DNA from: Chloropicon primus
Lineage: Eukaryota
Reading direction: 5' to 3'
DNA: 64,000 nt
Assembly (NCBI GenBank): GCA_023205875.1
Contig: CP060759.1
Span: 372,001 to 436,000, forward strand
The position numbers and the translations under genes are program-made. The number at the start of each line of letters is the position of its first letter. The stretch's first letter is position 1. This document shows, in pieces, positions 45,542 through 56,876 of the stretch. Under the pieces are notes generated by a model. That model worked only from the letters and a program-made list of their open reading frames with translations, was not told the DNA's origin and searched no databases.

Positions 45542-46885
45542 TCAAGTCTCGGGCCTCAGCTCCCGATAGGCCGAAGCGAAAAAGCCGGCGATCGTCAACG
45601 CAAGGCACAGCAAGGTTGAGAAGAAGGCACTCCTTCCGATCATGGAGTAGCCTTGCGTGCCGAAGAGCGCCGCGAGGAAGAGCCCGATCTGCAGACCGAT
45701 CCCATTCACGGTCTGCAGCAAGATTCGTCTCTGTTCGTCGACCTTCGTGGTCAGACTGGCCGCGCAAGAGCTTATGACGCTCACCGCTGGCATGATAAGC
45801 AACCCGCCGATCGTGAACAGGACGATGGCTGCCTTGCCTGCGGGCCGCACAAAAAAGAAGGGGAAGGAGGCCACAAGAGCGCAGAGCCCCCAGAGAATCA
45901 AGATTCTGTCCCCGCAGCGGTAGCTCAAGTAGGCCGCAGCCCCGTTCGCCATCAGAATGGAGCTGAGAATCGACCCCAGGTAGAACCCACTTTCAGTCGC
46001 GCTGAACCCCCACTCCTCCTCGGCGATTGTGGTGGTCGCCAGCTCGAAGCTTCCATCCAGGAACGCGGGCAACGTTGTCAGCACCACCACGGCTATGTGA
46101 ACGAGCTTCAGCCTTTCCCTCCTCGCCTTTGCCTTCGACGCCCCCCCTTCGGTCCCCGAGGCACTCTTCGGAAATGCTGGCGCGGCCAGCACCATGCAGA
46201 GAAAGAGGAAGAAAACGACGCCCATCGCGTACCCCGGAGCGGTCTTCTCGTTCCAGCGAAGGAGGCCCCGAACCTCCGCCTCGCCAAATAAGGCCAGCAT
46301 GGCCCCAACCATCGGACCCAAAGCGACTCCTGTGTAGACCGAGGAGTAGAGAATGGAGAGGTACATCGTGCGGTGCCGAGCCCCCACGCAGCTCCCAATA
46401 AAGCTGGGGCAGGTGAAGCTGTACGAGCAAACGCAAGCCGCGACGATTCTCCCCCCGATCGCCATCCACTGGGATCTGAACAGGCCCGCGGAGCCGTACA
46501 TGACGGAACCTACGAATCCAAGGACCGCCTGTACCGCGAACACGGTCTTGAAGCTCAAGAACGGCAGGACTGGCGTTACGGCAATAGAGACCAGATCCGC
46601 CCCTCCCACGATGAGCCCGGCGGTCATTGCCGGCGAGAAAGGCCCGTCCAGATCGTCCTCGGCATAGCTCAGAAGCGACGGGAGCACGATGCAGTACTGC
46701 AAGGCCGCGAAAAAAGCGGACGTGAAAACGATCAGGGAGTAGATGATCGGAGGGTGGACGTCCTCCCCCAGACTCGACTTCCCCGCCTCCACGGATAGCG
46801 CCCCTCCACCTTCCACCAGCAGGGAGACGTCCTCCTCCTCGTCCCCCTCCACCGCAACGGGATCATTCCCCCCGTCCCACGCCAT
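45542..46885 (-). CDS. MFS transporter (MFSD8-like)
   Basis: ~12 hydrophobic segments; YCIVLPSL, GVALGPMVG, TAPGYAM. Confidence 0.75.
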   Translation of the reverse strand: MAWDGGNDPVAVEGDEEEDVSLLVEGGGALSVEAGKSSLGEDVHPPIIYSLIVFTSAFFAALQYCIVLPSLLSYAEDDLDGPFSPAMTAGLIVGGADLVSIAVTPVLPFLSFKTVFAVQAVLGFVGSVMYGSAGLFRSQWMAIGGRIVAACVCSYSFTCPSFIGSCVGARHRTMYLSILYSSVYTGVALGPMVGAMLALFGEAEVRGLLRWNEKTAPGYAMGVVFFLFLCMVLAAPAFPKSASGTEGGASKAKARRERLKLVHIAVVVLTTLPAFLDGSFELATTTIAEEEWGFSATESGFYLGSILSSILMANGAAAYLSYRCGDRILILWGLCALVASFPFFFVRPAGKAAIVLFTIGGLLIMPAVSVISSCAASLTTKVDEQRRILLQTVNGIGLQIGLFLAALFGTQGYSMIGRSAFFSTLLCLALTIAGFFASAYRELRPET

Positions 46886-47456
46886 GCGTTACCCTTCTGC
46901 TCCGGTTCTTCGCTCGTCGTCCACAAATCCTCACCAGAGCGTCATTTCAGGCCACCGAGGACTCGAACGAAAGAGAACCCGTCCATCCAACGGGGACCAC
47001 GAACCAAAATACTTCTTCCTCTGCACCTCCCCCCTCTAGTCGCCTCCCCTCGCTCCCCTCGCCCCTCGCCAACCAACGCCTCCTCTGTCCACAAGCTCGA
47101 GCCCGACTGGAGCTTCACAATCCTCGCACAGAATCCTCACCACGACGCCATTCTTCTCAATCAAGGGGTCTATGGAAAGCTCACGAGACGCATATTCGCC
47201 TCCGATACCTCCCTCCCCTCACACCTCCCTCCCCTCCGCACAACGCCGTCCTCCTTCCCCTTTCTTCCGATCGATCCCCTCCCGGCCTGCGTATATTTCG
47301 CATTACTATTTTGACATTCGGAGATGAAAACATTTTTGAAAATCGCGCGGCGGAGAAACGAAAGCCAAAGGTGTCGCCTTGGCCTTGGCCTTTGCATGGA
47401 TTGATCCATCGATTGGGAACGAGAGAGAGAGAGAGAGAGAGAGAGGCAGAGGAGGA

Positions 47457-49277
47457 ATGTCTTACGACCGGCCAGCATCGCGAGGTTCGGCCCAACTTGG
47501 GTCGCAATATGGTGCCGGGTTTGGTGGAAGCCAAGGGGTGTCCAACGGTGGTGGGGTGCCTGGTACGGCGAGGCCAGGGTCTGGGTTCCGTAGGCTGGGG
47601 ACGGGAATGGGAACGGCGTTGCCACCGACGGCTGCAGGCTCGGGTGCTGTCTCCGGAGTTGGGGTTGGAGTGGGTCTGAACACGAGCGTGGTCGTGGACG
47701 ACCGTCCCGTGACGCAGCAGGGCATGGTGGGTTTGAATCCTGGAAAGTCTCTTGGGCCTTCGCGCCGCGTTCAGGACAAGTCCTTCTTCCTGTCGGAGCT
47801 GAGACAGAAGACCAAGGAGCTCACGGCGGTTGTCCAGGACATGACCGCGGAGGTTGACGAGTTCGAGAGGAACTCCAGCACTATGGTGGTGTTGAAGAAG
47901 AGGGAGGGCGAGTCCCAGGCCGCTGTCAAGGAGCTGCAGGGCAAGCTCGCGGACTTGAACATCATCTTGGACAAGGCGGGCACGGACACGCACCAGGAGG
48001 AGATCCAGGAGGAGTACCTGAAGCTCAAGGGGAAGAACGACATCGAGAGGAAGAGGCTGAACGCGGTGTTCACGGAGAGGTCGAACATGGAGCAGAGAAT
48101 CACGGAGGCCGAGTCTCAGATTGCGGGCCACAAGAGGAACATCGAGAACAAGCTGAACGAGCTTGCGCCGGCAAAGAGGAAGGAGTACCTGGAGCTCCAG
48201 GCGGAGAACGGGCAGCTTCAGCTGGAGAAGACCAGGCTTGAGAACGCTCTGCAGGCGATCAACGAGGACATCCTCACCTCGAGGCAGGAGATCAGCGTGG
48301 ACCACAACAAGAGGCAGGCCCTTCACCTCACGGAGCAGAACGTTCACATCTCGGAGAGAAAGTTTGAGCTGGAAGCTGCGGAGAACAAGCTCAACTTGGA
48401 CCCCGAAGAGCAGCAGAAGGAGCTCGTGTACAAAATAAGGCAGGACAAGGCAGACATTGGGCGGTTGGACGAGCAAGCTGCGGCCCTGAGAACGACCATC
48501 AATCGCTTGAAGGGAATGTTCGACAGTTTTGGCCTCGACAAGGAAGGGAGGGCAGACAACGGCGCCGTCAGTTACTCTGACCTGAAGAGGAGAAAGCAAA
48601 AGCTCGAGAAAATGATTGACAACTTGATGACGGACATGTCGGATGGAAAGACAAGACTCAAGGAGCAGAAGCAAAACATCGTTGGAACCCTGGAGAGCTT
48701 GGCGCACGCGGATCCAAAGGCCAGCACGGACACAGCGCTGTCAGACCTGCAGACGGAGCTTGATTACAAGCAGGTGCAGTACAAGAACTCCCAGCACACA
48801 AATGAGCAGCTCGAGAAAGAGCTTGAAGTGAGGAAGGACGAGCTCGGAAAGATCGACACGCTCGAGGACAAGATACAGAAGGAGGTCGACTCAATCCATG
48901 AGAGGATGGGCGTCTTCGAGAAGGAGATGTCAGAATTTCCTAACGGGGAGGAGCTCAAGGTGAAGGTGGACCAACTTCAGCAGGAACTGGAAAAGTGCCG
49001 CAAGAGGCTATTGGAGAGGAAGGACGTTCTCAACTCCGAGGTCTCGGAAAAGAAGAAAGAATACGAGGGGAAGCAGCACCACTTGAGCTCTCACCCCAAG
49101 TACATCACGTTTGAGAAGGAAGAAGTGAAGATGAGGAAGATGCACCAGGAGATATTCGCGTTGGAGGACTTCATCAAGCAGAAGGAATCCGAAACGGACT
49201 GCTCGCAACTTGCTGGGGACATCATCGAAGCGAGCAACCACGTCAACAGCATGATCAAGAAGCTGGTTCTTTTGTAA
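47457..49277 (+). CDS. IFT74: Intraflagellar transport protein IFT74
   Basis: PGTARPGS, DRPVTQQGM, RRVQDKSFFLSELR, KLADLNIILDK; long coiled coil. Confidence 0.9.
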   Translation: MSYDRPASRGSAQLGSQYGAGFGGSQGVSNGGGVPGTARPGSGFRRLGTGMGTALPPTAAGSGAVSGVGVGVGLNTSVVVDDRPVTQQGMVGLNPGKSLGPSRRVQDKSFFLSELRQKTKELTAVVQDMTAEVDEFERNSSTMVVLKKREGESQAAVKELQGKLADLNIILDKAGTDTHQEEIQEEYLKLKGKNDIERKRLNAVFTERSNMEQRITEAESQIAGHKRNIENKLNELAPAKRKEYLELQAENGQLQLEKTRLENALQAINEDILTSRQEISVDHNKRQALHLTEQNVHISERKFELEAAENKLNLDPEEQQKELVYKIRQDKADIGRLDEQAAALRTTINRLKGMFDSFGLDKEGRADNGAVSYSDLKRRKQKLEKMIDNLMTDMSDGKTRLKEQKQNIVGTLESLAHADPKASTDTALSDLQTELDYKQVQYKNSQHTNEQLEKELEVRKDELGKIDTLEDKIQKEVDSIHERMGVFEKEMSEFPNGEELKVKVDQLQQELEKCRKRLLERKDVLNSEVSEKKKEYEGKQHHLSSHPKYITFEKEEVKMRKMHQEIFALEDFIKQKESETDCSQLAGDIIEASNHVNSMIKKLVLL

Positions 49278-49364
49278 GCCGATGTGTGACTCAAGCAAAG
49301 CGTTTGCTTCTGTGTGCACTTCTCAATATTGTATTAAACTTTTGTATTTCCAAAGACGGACTCT

Positions 49365-51077
49365 TTACTGTGGCAACTCCTTTCTCTTCTGGAACTCCTT
49401 GAGCTTGTAGTCCACGACGCCCTTGAACATCGCTGGGGTCAAGATTCCGTCAACGCTTCCGTAAACTGCCGCTTGCACCGCGGACATCATTTTCGCGATG
49501 TCCCTACCAGAGAAGCCCTTGGTGTCCTTGGCGATGCTATCGTACATCTTGCTAAGATCCCCCGGCGTGATGTCCACCCTGATTGATGGCCCCTTCACAG
49601 ACTTGTTCTCCGCGACATACCTCTTCAAGTAGAGCTCGATCAGCTGCCTCCTCTCCTCCGCTTCTGGGTTAGGGAACTCCAGCGCGTCGTCAATTCTGTT
49701 GAGGACGGCAGAGTCGAGGTCGCCAGGTCTGTTCGTCGCCAAGATCATCGAAAAGTGCTTGCTTTGGTCTCCTGTTCTGTACAACAGCGCGTTGAGGGCG
49801 GCCCTCAGTCCCTCCGACTGGACCATCTTGCCACCTCTGTCACCAAGGAAGGCGTCCGCCTCGTCGATGAACAGCACGAGGCCCTTGTTGGACGTCGCGG
49901 ACCAATCAAAGAGACTGTGGAGCTGGGTCACGGCATCCCCCCCGAGCGGCGCGATGTCTCCTCCGGTCAGGATCGCGTAGTCCATGTTGCTCTGCTTCGC
50001 GATCACTTTGGCTGTCATCGTCTTTCCCGTTCCGGGTGGTCCGTAAAAGAGCATGTGCCTGAAGGGCGCGCCCCTCTGCTTGGTCATCAGCAAGCTTCCG
50101 GACAGGCTCTGGATCCTCTCGCCGAGACCCTTGTTCAGAATGATATCTTTCATCTGGTACTCCTCCTCCTTTCCGGAGGAGAACATCCTCCTCATCCTTC
50201 CGAACATGCTGGACCTGGAGGTGTCCCTCACCAGGGACGGAGTTCCAAGGTACCTGTCAATAGCCCTGGCGGCCACCTTGGTCCCCTCCCTGGATCCGTA
50301 GACGCCGAGCGCCATCAGAGATATGCCTCCCGCGAGCATGGCCATCTTGGTCTGGTCCGTGAGAATGTCTCTGGCCCCTTCCCCCAAGCTCGTGAGAACT
50401 GCTTTGGCCACCTGAACGGCCTTGTTCCTCTCCTCCTTCATTTTCAGCAACAGCTCCCTCCTGAAGATGTCCTCGTTCGCCCTGTGCTCCTGAGTCCTTC
50501 CCTCGGCCTCCGCCAACGCCTTCATCCGAATCTGCTCCTTCTCCATCTTAATTCTGTAGGCCTCGGTGGCCCTCCTCTCCTCCTGAATACGCTGCTCAAT
50601 CGCAAGCTTCTCCGCCTCTATTCGCTTCTTGCTCTGCTCCTGCAGGGCCACCATCTCGGCGTTCCTCTGCCTCTCCTTCTCGTGAGACTCCTCCTGCCTT
50701 CTCCGCGCGAGCTGGTCCTCGAACTTGGCGATCTCACCCTTGTGCTGAGCCTGCTCCTGGGCGTACTTCCTCTGCTCCTCCCACCTCACCTTCTCCTGCT
50801 GCACTGAGTACTGGCTGGCGGCAGCCTTCATCTCTGCCTCCTTCGCCTTGCTCTCCTGCTGCTTGGTCAACTCCTGGGTCTTAGCCAAGTCCAACACCTT
50901 CTTCGCATGCGGACTCTGGTTGATCTCACGCAACGCCTTGGCACCACGCTCCAACGCCTCCGGGTCGAACCCGACCCCAGAGTTCGCGTTCGACGAAGAC
51001 GACGCTTTACTGTCGCACTCCACAACCCTCATCCCTTGCGCGAGGCGCTCCACGAACCAGCTCGTCATTGTCTTCAT
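49365..51077 (-). CDS. ATAD3: Mitochondrial AAA ATPase ATAD3
   Basis: FDPEALERGAKALREI, coiled coil, TM, GPPGTGKT, FIDEADAFL, LATNRPGDLD. Confidence 0.95.
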   Translation of the reverse strand: MKTMTSWFVERLAQGMRVVECDSKASSSSNANSGVGFDPEALERGAKALREINQSPHAKKVLDLAKTQELTKQQESKAKEAEMKAAASQYSVQQEKVRWEEQRKYAQEQAQHKGEIAKFEDQLARRRQEESHEKERQRNAEMVALQEQSKKRIEAEKLAIEQRIQEERRATEAYRIKMEKEQIRMKALAEAEGRTQEHRANEDIFRRELLLKMKEERNKAVQVAKAVLTSLGEGARDILTDQTKMAMLAGGISLMALGVYGSREGTKVAARAIDRYLGTPSLVRDTSRSSMFGRMRRMFSSGKEEEYQMKDIILNKGLGERIQSLSGSLLMTKQRGAPFRHMLFYGPPGTGKTMTAKVIAKQSNMDYAILTGGDIAPLGGDAVTQLHSLFDWSATSNKGLVLFIDEADAFLGDRGGKMVQSEGLRAALNALLYRTGDQSKHFSMILATNRPGDLDSAVLNRIDDALEFPNPEAEERRQLIELYLKRYVAENKSVKGPSIRVDITPGDLSKMYDSIAKDTKGFSGRDIAKMMSAVQAAVYGSVDGILTPAMFKGVVDYKLKEFQKRKELPQ

Positions 51078-51184
51078 CCTTTCCTCGCCCCTCTCCTCCT
51101 CTGTCTTCGTCGCTCCTCTCCTCTGCTGACTGCCCCCTCTCCACCAAGAGAGAAAGAGAAGGCGGCTGAAGATCCTCCTTTTGG

Positions 51185-51222
51185 AGGGTTTTAGGGTTTT
51201 AGGGTTTTAGGGTTTTAGGGTT
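51185..51222 (+). repeat. Internal telomere-like array (TTTTAGGG)4
   Basis: agggttttagggttttagggttttagggttttagggtt seen directly. Confidence 0.9.
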
Positions 51223-51235
51223 CCGAGTGGAACCC

Positions 51236-51270
51236 ATGATGGAGCAACACAGCAGAGGAGCGAGGAGAAG

Positions 51271-51306
<36 letters not shown>

Positions 51307-52769
51307 TGTCGGAAGGAAGGGGAGGGGAGGCTTCGTTCCGCCTCAGTACGTCTCATCAAACCTCACTCCAACGCAACGCATTCGCATCGCGTCGCGTCGC
51401 ATCGTGTTGTATTCTCTTTGTGCTTGGATTGATTGAGTGCGAGAGAGGAGGTCGTGGGGAAGGGAGAGGGGAGCGAGAGGGATACGAGTGCGCCTCGCCC
51501 TCTTTCGTTGGACTCCTCGCTCGAAGGAAGCAGCCACAACCGGTGGAACCGCGCAGTGGTGAGGATTGGAGGAGCGAGAGAGGGGAGATGGATTGTGTCC
51601 TGGACGCGGAGCTTGAGGCGAGCGTGTCTGGAGGCAGCTCCATCGACAGCGAGGAGGTGAGGACAAGACACGGAGGAGGCTCGCTGTTGGCCATGACCAA
51701 GCTTTGCTGACACGCCATCTACCTCATTTCTGGTTTGTTCTGACGACGACGTTGGTTTCCTCTCTCTCTCTCTCAACCACTTTCATCAAAGGAGGAGAAT
51801 ATTGACTTGCTGGTGACCGCGTTCGAGAACAAGCAGCTGGGCTTCCAGTTCACGACGGGCGGGGAGTGCTTGGTCGAGAGCGAGAGCGAGGGGGAGGGCA
51901 CGGAGTCGGACAGCGAGGGGGACGAGGACGAGGACGGGTCTTCTGGGAAGGAGGAGGGGGGGAGCGGGAGGGGCAGAGAGCTGGGGCAGCAGTTCCCGGT
52001 GTCCTCGGGGGAGCACCACAGGAGAAGGGAGCACGGGAGGGCCCCCACGAATGACGACTCGGAGGGCGCCAGGTCAAAAAAGTCCAAGAAGGGGCGGAAG
52101 GGCAAGAAGGAGAAGCAGAGGAAACGGGGTGAAAAGCAGGAGAAGAGGAAAAAGCGCATCCAGTCCAAGAGGGCGCAGCGCCTCGAGGGCAACAAGGGAG
52201 GGCAGTTCAACCTGCGGAGCATTGCGAACAAGCTGATCTACTTCATCGAGGAGGTCGATGACGACACGTTCGAGTTTCCGCCGATCCCGAACCAGCTGAA
52301 GCAGAGCGGTTCCTCGAGGTTGGCGGTCAAGTTCCTCACAAAGCTGAGCAGGGCGCTCGAGCTGAAGGTGGTGACGCTGCACAAGATGAAGAAGTTCATC
52401 CTCATCGGGGCCATGCGCACGCGGAAGACTCCTGTGTTCGTGTCTGAGGACCACCGCGACACGGTGAAAGGCATACTGAAGGAATGGAATGATGTGAAGA
52501 GCCCCCCAGCGCCCGCTAGAGAGGGAAGGCCGAAGGAGGACGGGGACGATGGTGGCGATCTTGGAGAGGAGGGGGGGAGTGCCGCGACGAGCTCGAAGTC
52601 GCAGCAGTCGTTCGGTGAGTTCGAGAAGCACACGCTCGGATTTGGGAGCCGGATGCTGGAGAAGATGGGTTTCATCCAAGGAGCCGGCCTTGGCAAGGAT
52701 AACCAAGGGTCGAACCAACCTCTTCAGGCGCAGCTGCGGAAGAAGAAGTTGGGTCTTGGGGCGGATTGA
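51236..52769 (+). CDS. G-patch domain protein (5' exons uncertain; last exon from ~51791)
   Basis: C-terminal FEKHTLGFGSRMLEKMGFIQGAGLGKDNQG...KLGLG G-patch; upstream GT-AG introns. Confidence 0.75.
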
Positions 52770-52849
52770 CGACTGTACGACTATTGTAACATAAGGATGA
52801 TTCTTTTGCCAGATGTGCCGCACGCCCCCTCTCCTTCCTTTTGTCTCCA

Positions 52850-54088
52850 CTAAGTTTGGAAGAATAAAACGAAACTGGAGAATCTTTGAAGAGAACGACT
52901 GCGATTGCGGTGGCAGAGGCAGAACGGTTGTGAAAAGGGTAAAGTATTTACAGGGATTGAAGATATGTACAGATCGTGCTCTCCTTTCTTTGTGTGCTTC
53001 GTGAGCGGGCTCAGTAGAGCCAGCCCTCGACTTTGTCGATGGCCTTCAAAAGCACACAAGCTTTTGTTGTTGTTGTTGTTGTTGTTGTTTTCGTTGTTGT
53101 TGTGATCGAGAGAGAGAGAGAGAGTCTTGCTGTTAGCAAATCAACCCATCGCGGGAAGGGATCAACTTCTTGCTTTGCACTCACCTGAGCTAAGCATCGC
53201 ACTCATCGGCTTTGGCTTCGCGACCTTGGCCTTTGGCTGAAACCTTCTGAGGCCCCTAAACTTTCTTGGAGGTTTCGTCTCCTTCTTCGGTGGCTCCTCG
53301 AACACCGCTACCTTCTTCTCCTCAACCCTTTTCTTCGCTTTGCCCGCGTCCTCCGCCTTGGTCTTCTTCCCCTTGAGACTCGCGTGAGCCCTCTTGGAGG
53401 GCGAGGGAGACTTTTGGGCCTTCTTCACCTCCCCAGCGCCGCTCTTAGGGACGTTCACCTTCCTCTCCGCCAAGACTTTCTTGGACTTCGCCTTCAGCTT
53501 GGGCGGGCTAGACTTCTGCTGCTTGGGCGGGCTAGCCTTCGACTTGGGCGGGCTAGACCTCGCCGTGGCCACAGCGCCCGCCTTGCCACCGGCGCCCTTG
53601 GTCGGGGCCTTCGCCTTCTTCCCGCTGTCCCCGGTCCGCACCTCCTTGTGCGCCTTCTCCTGCTCCGTGGGAACCGTCAGCTTGATCCTGATCTTCTTGC
53701 AGCCGCCGGAGTTTGCTGACCTCTCCCTCTCCCTCTTCCTCGCAGACCCAGAGCCCCTTGGAAGCGGAGACGGCCTCCGCTCGGCCTTCCCCACTCCTGA
53801 ACCCCCGAACAGGTCGTCTATCTTCGCCGGAAGCCTCGACGGCGCATCCCTCCTCGTGTTCTTCGCACACCCCACGCTCACCACCCTCTCCACCGGGCGA
53901 ACGCCTCCCTCCCCCGTCGCAGGCGGCTGCGTACTATCGATCTGATGATGGAGCGCGAGTTTATCCACCTCCGAGAAGTCCCTCTTCGATGCGGGTCCCG
54001 GAGGGTGAAGCTGGATGCGACTGTCCCAGCCCCAAGGGCTCAAGCCCGCAAGCTCCTTGCACAACCTGCTTGAGTCGTTCCTCTTCAT
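52850..54088 (-). CDS. Lys/Pro-rich hypothetical protein (probable intron ~53184-53045)
   Basis: Long GC3-biased ORF from ATG 54088; CAG/GTGAGT donor near its end. Confidence 0.5.
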
Positions 54089-54110
54089 GCTGCTCTCTCC
54101 CCTAATCCTC

Positions 54111-54112
<2 letters not shown>

Positions 54113-54166
<54 letters not shown>
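54113..54166. repeat. (CT)n microsatellite in a divergent intergenic region
   Basis: Seen directly. Confidence 0.9.
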
Positions 54167-54174
<8 letters not shown>

Positions 54175-54495
54175 TTCCGTCTGTCGAGCGCTCTCTTTCT
54201 CTCCGCTTGAATTCTGGCGCGAAACACCGGACGGAGGAGACGAAGCAGGAGAGTGTCTCTCTCTTCTCTTGGAGGGACGAGGGAGGAGGGGGGGGGGGAG
54301 GAGAGGGGGGGGACCAACACGGGAAGCGTCTTCGTGACTCGCTCTTTCCATAGAGCCTTCAATCGAAAGAAGGGACGCTCGGGTGAGGAATTGAGACCTA
54401 GGGAGAGAGAGAGAGAGGTGGCAGCAGGTTTGTTGTAGTGGCGCTTGGCCCTGGCTCTTGTGTGTGTGTGTGTGTGTGTGTGTTTCTGTGCAACG

Positions 54496-55560
54496 ATGGT
54501 GTCGAGGGCGCAGGTTGTGATGGTTACCCTGCTGACGGGGGTGCTGGTGTTCTTCTCCACGTGCGAGAGGCACAGGCCGAAGCCTAGGAGGGCGACAGTG
54601 GAAGTGGCCGGGGATGCCGTCTCGAGCTCGAGCTCGAGCCACTCGGGCCACCTGCTCGGTGGGGACGACGCCTCCGTCGTCGTGGGCCGGGAGGGGAGGG
54701 AGAGGAAGAGGGTCGTGGCGACGGAGGAGAGGCCTCAGAGGTTGACGCGGGACCTCCCCCCCTCGCACGACGCGCTGAGGCTTCGCGCGAAAGCCTTTCC
54801 GATACGCGAACTCCGCGACTTGATGAGGAGGGAATACGGGGTCAGGGGCTGGGGCACCTGCGCGGTGGTGGGCAACTCCGGAAGCGCTCTCGGGAAGGGG
54901 CGGGGGGCTCTGGTAGACTCCAACGAGGTTGTCATCCGCTTGAACATGGCGCCCACCAAGGGGCACGAGGACGACGTCGGAAGGAAAACCCAAGTGTCCT
55001 TCATCAACGGCTGGCTTTTGAGCTCCTGCATCGAGGAAGTGGCCGGGGGGAACGGCACCCAGGCGAGGCGTTGCTCGTGCTGGAACAAGTACAGGGAGGG
55101 CGGAGACGTGATGGTGGTCGGGTATGCCATCACGGAGGGTCACGTTGGCGACGGCCAAGTCTGCTCGAGCGAAAACCCCACAAAGTTTCACTTGTTCAAG
55201 CAGAACGACCACTTCTCTCGCTTCACGCAGTCACTGGTGAACCACTACACCAGCGAGAGGATCAAGAGGAACTACCCCCAGGAGATGTGGCACCAGCTCG
55301 CGGAAGAGCGCAGGAAAGTCAAGCTGCACTACTCGAGTGGGCTCCAGGCAGTCGTCTTCGCCCTCACCCTGTGCAGCAACGTGTCGCTCTTCGGCTTTGG
55401 GAAGGAAGAGGCTGGCCAGCACCATTACTTCGAGGGGAAGACCAAGGGGGAGGTCCCGGACCACGACTACGAGGCCGAGAAATTGTTCTACAACGAAATG
55501 GAAGATGGGAGCGCTTACCTTTTCCCGGTATTTGATGTACATATGAGTGTTTTTGATTAA
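54496..55560 (+). CDS. GT29 sialyltransferase-like glycosyltransferase (type II membrane)
   Basis: Sialylmotif L CAVVGNSG...VIRLN.AP...DVGRKT; motif S SSGLQAV...CSNVSLFGF; HHYF; HDYEAE. Confidence 0.9.
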   Translation: MVSRAQVVMVTLLTGVLVFFSTCERHRPKPRRATVEVAGDAVSSSSSSHSGHLLGGDDASVVVGREGRERKRVVATEERPQRLTRDLPPSHDALRLRAKAFPIRELRDLMRREYGVRGWGTCAVVGNSGSALGKGRGALVDSNEVVIRLNMAPTKGHEDDVGRKTQVSFINGWLLSSCIEEVAGGNGTQARRCSCWNKYREGGDVMVVGYAITEGHVGDGQVCSSENPTKFHLFKQNDHFSRFTQSLVNHYTSERIKRNYPQEMWHQLAEERRKVKLHYSSGLQAVVFALTLCSNVSLFGFGKEEAGQHHYFEGKTKGEVPDHDYEAEKLFYNEMEDGSAYLFPVFDVHMSVFD

Positions 55561-55565
55561 GTTAT

Positions 55566-56876
55566 TCAAGAAGTGGTATTGATAGTGTATGATTTTTGGA
55601 ACTCTTCCGTGTATTCCGAGAAGACCCCTTCCTCGATCGTCGTGCGGATGGTCTTCATGAACGAGCACATGTGATGCGTGTTGTGAAATTCCAGGAGCAC
55701 TTCGGCCAAGAGCTCCCGGCACTCCAACAGGTGGTGGATGTAGCCCCGCGAGAAGCCATTCCTGCACGTGTAGCACTCGCAATTCTCCTTCAGGGGTCTC
55801 TGGTCGTGAATGAACTCGTCGGACCACAGGTTCAAGTTGAAGCCGTCTTCCACTTCTGGGTCCGGGACGCCTTCGCGGTCCGTGGGGAAGACCATCGCCA
55901 TGCCGCAGGCCGTCAACTCGTTGACAAACCCGGTGTCCACCACATCGATCCCGCACTCAATGGTCCTCAGCAGATCGATCGGAGTGGAAGGGCCGCTTGT
56001 GTACCGAACCTTGTCCTTGGAAAGCTGCCCGCAAATCGACAGGAGAGCCCCTCTTCTGCTCTCCTCGGATTCCCCCAAACCGAGCCCCATGATGGCGTAC
56101 CCGACGACGCTCGGATCCGAGGAAGCAGCAGCGGCAGCCTGCGCTTGCCTCAGGTTATCCTCGGCCCTCTCCGTCGCCAAGATGCTCGCGATCAAGCCAA
56201 CTGACTTGAGCTCTTCCCCGCTTCCGCCAAACTCGTTCAAGGACTCCCCGAGCCACTCGGACGTTCGCTTCACGGCCTTTGCTCTCCTCTTCTTGCCGTT
56301 GCAATTCATAATGTCATCCGAAAGGGACAGGCAAAAGTCCGGCTGAGCTTCCTTCACGAACCTCATGTAGCTGTCTTGGCACGCCGTCGTCACCCCCGCC
56401 TCCGTCTCCACTGAAATGTTACCGCTCCCCACTGCGGGATACAAGTTCAGGTTGAATCTCACCGGATCCCGCAGCCCGCAGAAAACGAGGACGGGACTAT
56501 CCTCCTCCTGGCCCATGACTTCGCTCAAGGGTCTGCCATCCCTGAGACCCAGGCCACTCCTGTCGAAAAAGTGAGACGCACAGACGTGCAAACCTTTGAC
56601 CCCGTTGATCTGCTTGAGGTTATCCATCGTCAAGTAACCCGGCAATCCCTTCCTGGTCATCCTGCGGAGAGAAGAAGCGAAGCAAACGCGAATCAGAATC
56701 CCTCCTGGCCTCGACCTGGTCCACCCCCCTGCCTTCGAAACTTACACCAGCCCGAAGGGCGTCTCCGCTGTAACGCCTCTCGAAGTCGTGATGCAACCCG
56801 TCCTCGCACCCGTCTTCCCGTCTTCCTTGCACAGCCTGAACTGCGGCTTGGCATTCACCTTCGTCTTCCCCTCCAT
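55566..56876 (-). CDS. QTRT2: Queuine tRNA-ribosyltransferase accessory subunit (intron ~56745-56662; start uncertain)
   Basis: ETPFGLV/MTRKGLPGYLT, CECYTC...YIHHLL..ELLA..LL..HN; lacks the catalytic DSGG motif. Confidence 0.85.

Noticed and set aside
42482..48707. Long antisense or alternative-frame ORFs (e.g. 42482-43933, 42555-44039, 47181-48707)
   Set aside because: Shadow ORFs expected from high GC3 codon bias in real genes; no recognisable motifs.
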